Source: Paramecium tetraurelia (taxonomy: Eukaryota). From it: 64,000 nucleotides of DNA. Both the position numbers and the translations under genes were made by a program. This document shows positions 1 to 12,976 of the stretch, one piece after another (position 1 is the first letter of the stretch; each line of letters starts with the position of its first letter). The notes under the pieces are model-generated. The model had not been told where the DNA came from. It made no database searches and saw only the letters and a program-made list of their open reading frames with translations. Location of the stretch: the NCBI GenBank assembly GCA_000165425.1, contig CT868653.1:186001-250000 (forward strand). Reading direction: 5' to 3'.

Positions 1-458
1 TTGAGATCTTCTACATCATTAGGCATCAAATTCTATTCTTGTTTTAATAATGATGAACATTAGTTCAGACATTTTATTAGCATATTTTACTCTTGAGCTC
101 GAGTGTAATTTGGATTCTTTTATAACTATTTGATTTGGCTTTGTTTCTCTTCAATTTGTGAATTAAGTTAGTTAATTTAGATTTTCAGTTTTATTCCCAA
201 CCAACTTTAATTTACTTGTTTTTCATCCTAAGTGATTTTGGATCTTTATTTCTCTTGCTAGATAGTGGAGATGTTAATTTACATCAATCAAACTCACCTG
301 CTATTAGAGATTTCTTTATTCTAATTTTATTTTGGATATGTTTTGGATAGCTTTAATTATTTCTATTGCAAATTTTCCTCTGATAATTTGGAATTCAACT
401 TGAAGGGTTTTGGCGATTGAATATGCTTTGGCAGTCCAGCTGTAGACGGTCTATTCAT
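1..458 (-). CDS. Partial (3' end outside window) coiled-coil hypothetical protein; reading frame disrupted (possible pseudogene or sequence error)
   Basis: ATG at 458 gives MNRPSTAGLPKHIQSPKPFKLNSKLSEENLQQK. The downstream Q/E/K-rich frame (KITQDEKQVNQSWLGIKLKIQINQLNSQIEEKQ) is open to the window edge, but two in-frame TGAs at about 288-296 are not removed by any short GT-AG intron I could find. Confidence 0.45.
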
Positions 459-547
459 TAAATATTAATTTATTTCAACTATCTACTATCATAAATATCA
501 ATTTTATCATGTACTCAACTTAATATATAAATAATATAATTTGCTTA

Positions 548-2193
548 ATGTTTTAACCTAACCAAAGCCAAATCAAATATCACAACCCATTTGGCACAAC
601 TTCTGCTATCTACTTCTCCCAACAACAGACGTCCAGAGATAAAGTACACATATAGTCTCACATAGCAAATGTAATCTAGGGATGTTTCAGAAAACAAACA
701 AACTCCTTAATATCCAGCCTCTCAAATAGTCTATGGTCCCACAATGAAAATTGTTCCATCTGCTCAAACCAACATAGCCTTTCGCAAAATATCCAAAGAA
801 CTTAATATCACAATCGAAGACCCCAGCAATCAGCAATAATCTTTACGTTAACCCTCTCCTACAGTGAAGAAACAACGTGAATAAATGGAGAAGGATTGGA
901 ATAAGTTAATTGACAAATCAAAGACACTCCAAGAAAATCTCGTGTTGCTCAAAAATAGCATTAGTATGAATCTGACAAAAAAGCTACCAGATTAGCGTTT
1001 GTCTAAAGATTCTACATCAACTGCAGCTGGTCTTTCTTCCAGATTGAAGTTGTAAAAGGTTAACATTAATTGCAAACTCAATTCACCATTCAAAGTTCAA
1101 CCCAAATAAGAACTCAGCAAGAGTCTCAGCCAAAACACGTTTACAAATTTAAAATATGCAGCTAATCCAATTAAAAATCCAGTCATCAATAATACAAGCA
1201 TCATGCCACTTACCAACAATACAAGTGTCAGAAAATCCTAAGATTCATGCACTCTTTAACCAAAAATTACATCTCAATTTTCTTCTTAAAAACAAACTTC
1301 TAGTCTGTATTCATCTATTGAATATAAACTAAACCTTAAAATTAGTTCATTTTTGGGAAGAGGCAAATTCAGTGATGTCCATATGGCTATTGACTAGAGA
1401 TCTGGATTAATCTTTGCCCTCAAAATCATAAAAAAGTAAACAGTCATCGAACACGCAATGCAAGAGCAATTGGTTAGGGAAATTCTCATCCAATCGAAAT
1501 TATCGCATCCTAACATTGTTAAAATGTATGGATAGACTTATGATGAATAACATATTTATATGATGTTAGAATTTTGCAATAATGGGGAGCTCTTCTAACA
1601 TCAATACAAGCAGCCTAATAAGAGATTCAATGAGAAGGATTCTAGCACTTTCATAATGCAAATATTATCAGCCATTCAATACATGCATAAACAAGGGTAT
1701 ATGCATAGGGATTTGAAGACTGAAAACATCTTATTGTCTCTCGTATATTTTTACTTATATTTCAGAATTATGTTAAACTTTGCGATTTGGGATGTGTAAG
1801 AGAAATTCCATCAAAGGAAGACAGGAGGAATACTTTTTGTGGCACCGTCGATTACATTGCCCCTGAAGTAATTAAGGATTAAGGATATGATGAAAGATGT
1901 GATGCCTGGCAAGTGGCTATCCTCGCATATGAGTTGGTTGCTGGCAATACTCCTTTCTCAGAATATCCAAGAGATGACGAATCAATTATGGAAAATATAT
2001 TAAAGGTACATAACAACATATTTTATAATAGAATAAATTTGATTTGCCTTAATCATTCTCTCCTGCACTTAAAGATTTTGTTAAACGAGGATTGCAACAA
2101 AGACCTGAAAACAGGATTACTATTGATTAAATGTTATAACACAAATGGATAGTGGAGTACAATAAAGGAAATGATAAAGAATATATATTTTGA
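548..2193 (+). CDS. Aurora-like Ser/Thr protein kinase with long low-complexity N-terminus
   Basis: Code-6 translation gives [56 protein letters not shown]. Introns at 1743-1765 and 2006-2031; TGA at 2191-2193. ATG 548 is 1 nt out of frame with the main ORF, so the start may instead be the ATG near 669. Confidence 0.85.
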
Positions 2194-2331
2194 TAACTAT
2201 ATTTATATAACTTAGAATATGATTTGGAAGTTTTAATTTTAAGGACGGAGTTATGGAGAGAGTTTTCACTGAAAAATTTGTGGATGTATATTTATAATCT
2301 TGAATTCATTATTTACTCCGATTGACAAAAA

Positions 2332-2797
2332 TCATATGCAATTGTATAGGTTATTGTAGTTTATTAGATTGGCTCTGTATATTTTATCAATCAAGACCTG
2401 ATTGTTATTAAGTTAGACTTCCATTCTCTTTCGTTTAACTCTAATTTAATTTTAGATAATAATACATGATTTTAGAAGGATATTCTTGGTTGGTGAAAAG
2501 AATTTTAGGTTCAACAAGAGCTGGCTAATCATATTCTCTTTTCTAATAGAGATCCTTGATTTCATCATACAATCGAAAGAGATCGTCCTCGCATGTTTTG
2601 TTTCTGTAGTGCAATGAATTCATTTCCTTAGATGTATCCATCTTAGAAGGTGTGATGGTAGAACGATACTTTGTATCAGGTGTGTTCATTTCAATAGCAG
2701 ATATGCTGGAGAACTTGCGGAGTTCTTAGGCTATAGCTTCTTATTCTGTTTCTTTGAATTAAGGAGATAATAATTATTCTCTAATTTTTTCTTGCAT
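2332..2797 (-). CDS. Hypothetical protein
   Basis: Open code-6 frame MQEKIREQLLSPQFKETEQEAIAQELRKFSSIS... with a 25-nt GT-AG intron near 2441-2465; 3' end uncertain. Confidence 0.45.
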
Positions 2798-2897
2798 TTA
2801 ATTTAATTTAAATTAGAAATAATGGGATTCTTCACTCAGTTTATGAAAAATATGTTCAAAGTGAAAAAATATATATAATTCAATCAATGTTAGTAAA

Positions 2898-3137
2898 TCA
2901 ACTTATTTGACAACATCTTTAATTGTTTTTGTATTGAAATTCATTGAAATTGTGTTGCTTCCAACTATCAACAAGATGAATTTTATGAATATTCGATCCA
3001 GATAATACATTATCTATGAAAGTTACTGAATGTAATTTGTATCCTTTTAGTATTGGATGGCCTTATCTGTCCACTCTCATTCTTTGACTAAGTTTTTTGG
3101 AGCTTAAGCGTGTTTGTGAGATACTAGGAATTTCCAT
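2898..3137 (-). CDS. Small (79 aa) CaaX-terminated protein with RVxF-like motif
   Basis: MEIPSISQTRLSSKKLSQRMRVDRQGHPILKGYKLHSVTFIDNVLSGSNIHKIHLVDSWKQHNFNEFQYKNNQRCCQIS*; intronless; ends in CCQIS. Confidence 0.75.
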
Positions 3138-3337
3138 TTGTATTAGGTTTGAGTTTGGATTTAAAAAGAAAATAAATATAAAAAAATAAATTTACTTTTA
3201 ATGATTTAGACAAAGATTTTATGCTAATCTAATTAATTTTGAATGGCTTATAAAATATCTTACTATCTTACCCAATAGAAATACTATCTTAATGAAAAAT
3301 TCTCCACATCTTAATTAAATGATAATAAAATATTTAT

Positions 3338-3917
3338 ATGAGCAAAAAATAACCAAAATAAACCCGCCCCTTATTCATTCCCAAACCAGAAAATGGAGAG
3401 TTTCCATTTGACATAAAAAATGCTAATACTAACGATATCAAACCAATTGACTTTTTCAGGATGTATAATTCCTTATAAATGATGGTTGAAAAATTGATTC
3501 AAGATTAAGTAAGATTTTATGTGATTCGAGGTTGCACAACAAAAAGTCTAAACTAATATTGATGCTATATTCAGAGTGTTTATTGAAAAGGATTTGAATC
3601 CTCCTCCCCCATAGAAACTTGTCGGAAGAAGAAGTTCACCCTACACCTATCAAAAACAGGAGTTTTGGCAGTTGGTTGAACATCTCAACTCCTTAGGCTT
3701 CTCATATCGATAAATATCTGAGAGACTCTAAGTGCACTATGTCCAGATATCCACACATCATCGAAATACTGTTGACTATGATGATGATTCTGAATAGGAA
3801 TCCTCCTAAGTGAAGAAATAAACAAAAGAGAAGTCGAAAAAGGAGTAGATCGTAGACAAATAACCATATCAAATTTGTGATGTCTTTTAGTCAGATGATG
3901 AATAAGGATCAAAATGA
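3338..3917 (+). CDS. Small helix-turn-helix-like protein
   Basis: MSKKQPKQTRPLFIPKP..., 22-nt intron 3509-3530, then EFWQLVEHLNSLGFSYRQISERLQVHYVQISTHH (HTH pattern G-x-S-x-R-Q-I-x-x-x-L-x-V), acidic tail, TGA 3915-3917. Confidence 0.65.
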
Positions 3918-3974
3918 GAGTTCAATAAAAATCAAATTTTCTTGCTACATATTAATATAAGCTATAAAATAAAG

Positions 3975-5112
3975 TCAAATCATTTTTTCTATGATCCATA
4001 AACATTCTTAACTCTGTTTCTTAACATAGATGCACTCCTGCTGTATACCAGTATTACTCTCAGCTCTTGATGAACTTTGAGCCAAGAAATAATTATTAAA
4101 TTTAATAGTAAATGGCTTGTTCACTTCTAAAATGAAATCGTCAAATGCTAAAATACCAATCGAAATTTACCCTAAGTATTGAGCAACGCCGCATTATCCG
4201 AACAAAGAACAAGCTTACCCAATTTTGAAAATGAATCTTGATCTGAACCGTTTAAATATTTGCCAGTCTCTATATGCTACAGAAATATTTGATCATCATA
4301 ACTAATGAATTTAGATGTGTTCCTAGAATTTTATTTAACAATGGACCAATAATCGTTATCTAGAGATCATAGAACATTAATTAATTACCATCTCTTGGAT
4401 GACTATAACAGGTGACCTCTTGAGTTTTCCTCTACTGAGAATAAAAAGTGTGTGAATGTAAAGTAAACCCAGTCCACCAATTCCTTATAATTATTTTCCT
4501 TCGAGTCTCAATGAAGATTGGTGCACTATGTACTCTATCAAAAATCTTCAGATTATCGTTTGTAGATTTACTCTGCACAAAATTCCAAATTCCTTCTTGT
4601 TAGTTTTTAGAAATCAACTTCTACCTACCAATTGAGTAAAAAACATTATCATTTTTTTGTTGAGAAATTAAATAATTTCTATTATCAGAGGACAACAATC
4701 GAAAAGGATGTGTGATATGTTGATTCACATACTTCAGTAATGAGAAATTCTCCTCTTCTGGAGGTTGAATCACAAAGTACTCAGGCTCTTCATTTAAGTA
4801 TACTTCAAATTCCTTAAGTTCATCATGTTTGTTATCATTTGATGTATTCACATACAATTAACTCTTGAAATGTTTGATTGCTATCAAATCTCCATAACAA
4901 AGGAATTCATTTTCTGTCTCATCCTATAATTCAACAATAAAATTAATGCTATCATCATTTGCATTCATTTATAAGCTCAAAGTGCTTTTACTTTTGCCAA
5001 TGAGTTTTGACTCTTGACGTACGTTTCCACTCAAAAACTTCTTGGTTTTTTGACATTAGAGTTGGAGTAATTGGAATGTTTTGAAAGGCAATTATTATTG
5101 ATTTTAATTCAT
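3975..5112 (-). CDS. MIR-domain (beta-trefoil) protein, SDF2/POMT/IP3R-type repeats
   Basis: Repeats YGDLIAIKHFKSQLYV; IIIRNWWTGFTLHSHTF..TQEVTCYSHPRDDNDYW; YDDQIFLQHIETGKYL; QQECIYV..CLWIIE. Two short introns; TGA at 3975-3977. Confidence 0.75.
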
Positions 5113-5297
5113 TTGATGTATTATTTATATTATTCATTTAAATTCCTTGGGATGTTCTAATTATATTTTTGATATAGAATGACCTTTTAAGTCATTAAAT
5201 CCATATGAACAAGATTGATGTTGCAGGATAAATTGTAATGAGAACTGTGATGCAATCTTAATTCCTTTAATTTTAATTTACATAATAGCTTATATAA

Positions 5298-8200
5298 ATG
5301 AATAAGTTTAAGGCAATCAATATGGATGACACTGCCTTTGGATCAATTGATTCCAAAAACACCATGTTCCTGACATCTAGTCCTACTCAATTCAAAACTA
5401 TAGGATAGGTTAGTCTCTCAAGGAAGCTCTCTAAATTGGAACCATTGATAGTCGAAAAAGATTAACGAAACGATTCGAGAAGTTAAGAGAAGCGATTATT
5501 AAAGGATCTGGGCATTAGTTAAGTTTTAGATTGGAATTCATTTATGGAAAAGGATGCTGAATAAATCAAAGAATTCAATGAAACGACTTAGAAGTTTAGA
5601 AGAAGTTCAATTTAAACGTAAAGTTCATAAATTTTCATGTCTCCCCAAAAAACAGACAAATTCTTTCCATCATAATTTGATGGTCGTAGATCCTCGATTA
5701 ATTTAAAGTCTTTTGACAAAGATGACTTTCTCGAAAAAATGAAATTAGGCAAGTAAGAGAAATTTGTAAATTCTAGTAAACAGATACCAAATTTGACAAC
5801 CACAGAATTTATGAAGTGCGTTAGATAAAAAGAAAAATTAACCGAATATGCTAAAGTTTATTAATAATCTCCAGAAAACTTGTATCTTAAGTTGAATAAC
5901 TGTATAATACTCTGCTTTTATTGATTAGCTTAGAATTTTGTACCCAAAACCTTTGGATTAGTGTCTCCTTAGGGCAGTCCCTTGACTCAAATAAATGCAT
6001 CTAGATTCCTGAGATGTAGTGATGATTGTAGAGTGTATGCTGAGGCTATGTCTACAACCTAATCACAGGGAATCTAAAAGATGTAATTGAATAGCAACAT
6101 CTATGATCCAAGATAGTTTAAAGAATTGTTGATAAGCTTTCCGAATACAGTAAGGGAATTAGAGTTGAAGGATTGCAAATTGAATTTTAAGCATGTCGAT
6201 ACTTTGATGGCCTATATTAACAAGAATTAGATATTAAAATTGAATTTGGAATAGAATTTGCTCAGAGATCAAGGCTGCAACACCTTGATTAAACATCTTA
6301 TGAATAACAACACATTGTAGTGTTTGAATTTGTGCAATAATAAAATTACAGAATCCTCAAGTGCTGCCTTGAGTAATTTCTTAAAGTAATCTTAAAGACT
6401 CATAGAACTATACTTGGGATTTAATAATCTCTAAATTAATGGGAGTATCTAAATTTGGAAAGCTATGTATAAGAATACAAGTATAAAGATCTTGGATATG
6501 TCTCACAATGCAATAGCTTCTTTGGAGTGTGCATAGGCTATAGCCAAAGCTTTGTCTCGTCCTTATAATGAACTAGTTCATATCGATCTAAGGTACAACA
6601 AATTCAATCAACAACAAAGCGAAGTTATTGCTGAGGGCTTAATTAAAAATGAGACCATCTTTGGCTTTCATTTCGAAGGTAATTATCAGGATATCATTAT
6701 GAATCCAAATGGATTTTTAATTAATAGGAGAGAAGAACTTAAATAAAAATAATAGAAGATAGATTTATTAAATAAACAACCTCAATATTTTAAATTGTTG
6801 GATGAAGAAAAATTGGAGAACTCTAACAATTAGAAAACAGATGATGATTTGTTTCTCGCCTATCACAGAAGCAGAAGAATGAAATCTACTGAACTAAACA
6901 AATAAAAGGTAAATATGATAAATAAATTGGATGTTTGTTGGATATGTGAAGGATGGTAAGAAATTAAATTCTTATGGACTCCAAAGTCTGGATCATTACG
7001 ATCAGAACCAATCTTCATCCATTTCGATTTTGATGACTATAAACCCTATTTAATGACTTTTTTAAATGGCTCGTTCTTTTTTGTAAAGATGTGCCCTCCC
7101 AATAGATCAATTAAATACTTCTTTACAAATCCTATTCTAGGAATCTAGTGTATTGCAGAAGACTAAAATGTATTATCCCTTCACCAACCACTCCCTTCTA
7201 TTCCTTTTCTATACAACAATGAGATATTAGTTGATGGGAACACTATGCAAATCATTAATGAAGTAATGTCTCCTAATAATCAAAACTTATTCGATAGATA
7301 TGTGCCTTTGGTATAGGTTAAACCAAGGGAAAAGATGGCCTTGTTCGACTTTTCTCCATATTTGAACATAGCTTCCACTAAATGGTCAGTAGAAACATCA
7401 ATATTCAGGTACTTTCCGCCTGATACTGACAAGTTAATTGAGGAATGCTTTGAATTCGATTACCAAAACTCAAAAATAAATAGGTTAGTGAAAGAAACAG
7501 AGTTATAGGATATCAAAGAACTATTAAAATAATTCTATGTTTAACTCTTTAACTGCTACAAGTACTTTGCATCAGGAAATCCTACTGCTCCTGTATTATT
7601 ATTTTAATAATATCTTCTAGATACCTTGTTTAGGACCTACTGATTATGTTGAATTTTTAATATCCACTGAAATAATGGAAGGAGTCAAACCAAATGACAT
7701 TGACATTGGTTTTACTTCAACTGCAGGAGCTAAAGATGTCTCTTTCCCTTAAGCATATGAAAAAGGTATTGTGAGGTGTCAGTTAATGGAAGTGCTAGTT
7801 CGATTTTGTAATGATAAATATATCAGAAGTGGACTGTGTCAAACCATGATTGAGGGATTATAATAATTACAGTAATAATGCAATGAATTTTTATCCAAAT
7901 TTGATTCCCCCTAAGCTTGGAGGAAAATGAGGTTGTGGATTGAAAAATGCGACATTCTTATTCATGAGAGAATGCCCATGATCAAATGTCTTTATAAATA
8001 TACATGTAAATTAAGTAAGAAACCCTAGTAATATAAATATGACTATGTTTCACCTTAAGATTTCAAAGATTTAATGAAACAATCAAATGTTATTTGTGAT
8101 GAATTAACAGACAGAGAATGTTATCTTGCTTATTTATAAAGCATGATAACTTAAAAAGATGAATTATTCTAGCCCAAACATTATCAAATGACACTCTATG

Positions 8201-8649
8201 AGTTCATAGAGGCCTTAGCTAGAATCGCTGAGAAAGTGTCAATTATAAGAGGTGAGAAAGTACTTGAAATTGAAAATAGAAGAGCTCAAGATTTACAGGA
8301 TAAAATATCAGGATTACTACTTCTAATGTATTTGACACTCATAGATGAAATTAAAAAGGCTTTACCAAATGAACCAGATGTGAAGCATCTTGAAAAGTGT
8401 ATGAACAATGATTTCAGATCAAAAAAACAAAAACTTGAGGATTCTTTCACCGATGGAGATGAACCTCCTTATGATGTTAAAGTTGAGTTACCTATATTAA
8501 TGTCTTAAGTTCCTAATACATAAGGCAATGCAAATGGGCCTGCCAAGAGAGTGACAATACGTAATATCAAATTACTTAAACCATCGACTACCAAATACTC
8601 TCTTACCAATTTTGTACAATTCTTCATTAGCTTAAATGAAAGAACCTGA
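5298..8649 (+). CDS. Leucine-rich repeat (RNI/NLRC3-like) protein, ciliate-expanded family
   Basis: LRR units such as LNLEQNLLRDQG, LNLCNNKITE, LYLGFNNLQING, LDMSHNAI, IDLRYNKF; then CWICEGW and PIFIHFDFDDYKPYLM motifs and C-terminal MTLYEFIEALARIAE. Intron about 7592-7620; TGA 8647-8649. Confidence 0.8.
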
Positions 8650-8924
8650 TATTTAATACAAATCTTCATATGTATTTATAGTTTTATTGATTATATATGA
8701 AATAAGAGTTTCAAATATCATATCTCCCTAAATAAGTTTATTTAAATGATCATATTTTGGCTTTAATAATTTCTACTTCACTTAATTGTTGATTCTAGTT
8801 ATTGTTATAACCATCAAGGGAAGTCGATTATTAGTAAATTCTGGTTAATGTTAATAGTACTTTAGTTAGCATCTATGTTATTTATATTAAATTTATTAAA
8901 AGTTTCACAAAAGTTAAAATTAAA

Positions 8925-9508
8925 ATGGGAGCTTCAATCTGCCAATAAACTTGTGCAATTAATGATCGTGAATTGGTTAAAGAATAGGTAGAGCTTTAAC
9001 CAAAAAGTCTCGATTCAAAACGTGAATGTTCCTAGATATAGGATTAACCAATTACAGATCATCTTCGCATTAATATTTAAAATTCTTCTCAGATTAGCTA
9101 TAATTTGGCAGATCAACAGCAAAGTAAGTTAAGCATTTTGATTTAGATCAAAGTAAAGAGTATTCTAATTCAAATGACATTCCTGAGGCTATGACTCCTT
9201 GGTTACCTTGGTAAAACTTATTATTTTATAACAAGTGGGCAGAATAATTTTAAAGGAGAATAGTATATTCAATTGTTAAACACAGAAATTGTTTAGTCTA
9301 TTAAATTATAATCATAATTAGTGAGCTCTCAAAATGCAGATATATTGCCAATGTAAAATTCTCATAATTTACATTCAGATTAGAATTCAAACAATAATAA
9401 TCTAACTCATCTTATCCTAGATTTTGCAATGACGATAAGGGGAATAAATTATTGAATATGTAAATTATTGAAGATAATGTACGCTCTCCTCTTCTATCAA
9501 TAGCTTGA
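8925..9508 (+). CDS. Hypothetical protein with N-terminal myristoylation/palmitoylation-like signal
   Basis: MGASICQQTCAINDRELVKEQ...; three GT-AG introns of 23-26 nt give a continuous frame to TGA 9506-9508. Confidence 0.6.
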
Positions 9509-10132
9509 TGACTATATTAATTACGATTGGAAAAACTCTAAATTTTAATTGATTAGTATTAATGATTAAAATCTATTAAAGAAAGCAAGTTCAACAAAAC
9601 CAAAAACAAAATTACAAAAGAGATAATTTTGATATAAATTATCATATATTATAATTTGATAACACTGTATCTCTCGAATTTTTATTTTTTTAATATATCA
9701 TCTGAATTTAATTTAATCATTTTATTTATAAGCTCAATAAACTTTAATAATAGATGTTTAAGTTTATTCACCAATTCTTACTTTCTAATTCAACTTAAGT
9801 TCAATAAAAGCAAAAACAATAAAAAACAATATTTGAATTAAGGTTTGCACTAAATTAGATATAATTATTTAATATTAATACAATAATTCCGAATATATTA
9901 TATATAAACATAACATTTGTATATAACTTAATTTATGATTATTAGTGTTTGTTGAAATGGTAGATGTGAATATTCTATAATTTCACTTGAATTGATATAT
10001 TTAATTTATGAAGAGTTCGAAATTCTGATTCGCTATTCTTCCAGTATAGGTTTCACTTCAAGATACTTGAGGAATTAACTATTTTGGATTAATTAAACAT
10101 TAAAGTTGTGGGTCTTATATAATCATAAATAA

Positions 10133-11671
10133 ATGAACAAATATAATTTAAGATTTAAAGATTAAGAGATTGAAAAAAAATATTAAATTCATAAAGTTAA
10201 GGACATTTAATTTCCAACCTTAACATACTTAACTTTGGGCAGTACTCCTTTATTACTCATATTTGCAATTACGAGTTTAATTAACATAGACTACACAAAT
10301 GCCCTCATCAACGGAATATTACTTGTCTACATGCTAATTTAATATCTAGTCCTTCGAAAAAATGAGCACCTAAGAGTTAATTATTGTAATTTAGCCTTAA
10401 TGTTAACCAATTTTGCATCTTTATATTATGAAATATCGCCAAAATAATCTGACTATTACAATGGCTACATCATGGGATCTAATTAAATGTTAATTCATAC
10501 TTTGTTGATGTTTGCATGTAATTTAGAGATTGGGGTTTTCAGCAATCTAGTTCTCACAGTTGTAAGAGTGATTTTGGCGGTAGAAAACTCTGAAAGCATG
10601 ACACTCTTATAGTATTTGCAAACCATAATTATGGCATGTAGTTTTATTATAGTGCAATATCAAATTGAAAGATAGTTCAGAGATTCATATTTATTGTCAT
10701 TAAAAGACAACACTTGGGGTATTTTTCATATTATATTCAAGAAATTTTAATCCCTCAATTATTGAAAAAGCCATTTTTTATTTTTGCTTTTAACTAAGAA
10801 GTAAACATGTACTAAGCCATCATGAGTAATCGGAATTCGTTTTTTAATTCTGATTCTCCCCTAACTACCTTCCTATTTTAATCTAAAGTGAAGAAAAAAT
10901 CACTTGAGGCTTATTTAGTCAAGAAATCAAATCAAAAAGGAAAATTTAGTTAGTTACCTTGTTTGTTTAATTAATAAGTGAACTTAGAATATTAATTAAA
11001 GAAATTATAGGTTTCAATAATAGGATGTAAGTTTGAAAGAATAATATACGCTGTTATAATTGATTCGGAAGATCCTCTTTTGAGAGAGTCAAAAATTAAA
11101 TTTAATCAATCTCTACAATAATGTAAAGATATTTTAAATGCTTAAATATTGTCCATAAATAAGGTGTTAACTCTGTATTTATCAGAAACGTATAGTTCTT
11201 TAATTAGAAATTTAAGAATATCCCTCTATGAAATCTATTATAAGTAGGTTGATAATAAAAAGGTGTAATCAGTGAAAATGAAGAAACTGTTACTTAAGTG
11301 TCAGAGGATATTTGAGACTCCTACCAATAAAATTAAGATTGATTGTCAAGAATTTACAAAATTTGCAACCATAAAATCTACATTATTAATATTTCTATTT
11401 GAAATTTTGAAGTTGGTAGAAGGTAACCAATAGGTTTTTCTATTGGTGAATCAAAATATCACAACTACATTATTTGTATATGGGATAAAAAATTTACCCA
11501 CATCTGCACTTTTTGAAGAGAGTAGAAAAGTGTTAGTTGAAAAAACTCTGTACACTGCATAATGTAATATAAGTTATTTATATATATATAGATTACTCTT
11601 TTGAATTCATGAAATCTCCATAATCTACTTTTAATTATGAAAATTAAATTAAATAAGAATCAATAGCTTGA
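10133..11671 (+). CDS. Multi-pass transmembrane protein with cytosolic C-terminal domain
   Basis: MNKYNLRFKDQEIEKKYQ then about 5-6 hydrophobic segments (e.g. LTLGSTPLLLIFAITSLI, ALINGILLVYMLIQYLVL) and a soluble C-terminal half. Introns near 10719-10741 and 11563-11591. Confidence 0.65.
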
Positions 11672-11709
11672 TAATATTTCATTTTTATTTAAATTTAATT
11701 ATGATATGT

Positions 11710-12957
11710 TCAATTTTTATGTTTAAAATCTAAAATTATATTTAGTAATTTTTAATTAATATCACTTTGACTCTCTATTATAGCTAAGTAAAGTAATTAT
11801 TTTCTAAAACTATATATATCTTATTAATTATATTAATGAGTTTAGATGAACTTACCAGTTTTATAAAGCTAATATAAGGCCATTAAGCAGAATACACCAC
11901 AATCGAAACTTGTATAGGCATAAATATCATACCTGTTCTCTTGTTTAGGACTATTAAATAGGATTTCCCATTTCGTTTATTCTCCTTTATAGTTTAACAT
12001 CTGTTCCAAACCCTCGACAACATTATTCTATGTTCCAAAGTTAGAATCCAAATACTATATTTTATTCTCCTTAAATTCAACAATGGCACAAAGCCAATGG
12101 TTGTTCTGTAAATTAATGGGAATGTAAGTGTATTTAAACAGACTAAAAAAGTTGGATTAAACCATAGTTGAAAACTTATATCTGTTTTTTAAATTTTCTA
12201 TTTAGACGTTCAATTTATTAAACTGATATTTGCCCTTCTCATTTTCAAGAATTATTATATTATTAATTTTCATTTCACCTTTTGAAATGACTTAAGTAGG
12301 TTCCTGTGGATCTTTTTTGATATAAGTGATGTTCTTCACTTGGAAATTGTATTTCTACAAGATTTCTTAATTTTATTAAGTAACTATATTCTATTAATTG
12401 ATGGGAAATGGATTTGAATAGTTTCCTTAAAAATCAACTTCTTCCTATTGTGGTTATGATTTTCGAAAGAATTTGTAGGGATTTAAAGATTTGATGAGAT
12501 TTAAAGTCTTATAGAAAATGGAATTATTTTCACTTTGAGTGGTTTGAGTTTGTTGTTGTTCTTATTCTTACCATGATTCAAAGTTAGAAAATGAATTTTG
12601 AGAATCTCTACTAGATTCCTGTTTAAATTGTGTGGCTATCATATTTGGAAGGATAAAATTGGTAATATCAGGAATGAATTCCGGAAAGACATGGCAATCT
12701 AATGAAAGTACCTATTTTATAGTCAATACAATTATGTATACTAGAAATTCTCCATAATAATATTAAAACATCTATTGGAAATAAATGAGGTGTTGGGCTG
12801 TCAAAAATTCATTGTTGGCCAGAGCACTCAGGAAATCATTATTGATGGTCACACCATGTTTTCTAAAGTTGAAATTCTTGAATTTATGTCTGTCAGTGTA
12901 GTAATCAGCCCAGAATATTTTCTGCTTGACTTTCAAAAGTGTTAATTCTTCGCTCAT
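11710..12957 (-). CDS. Ulp1/SENP family SUMO protease (peptidase C48)
   Basis: Catalytic motifs YIPINLQNNHWLCAIV (His), QYLDSN (Asp), KQENSFDCGVFC (Gln/Cys, across an intron) and FRKQL C-terminal helix. Confidence 0.85.
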
Positions 12958-12976
12958 AATTTTATTAATATATTAA

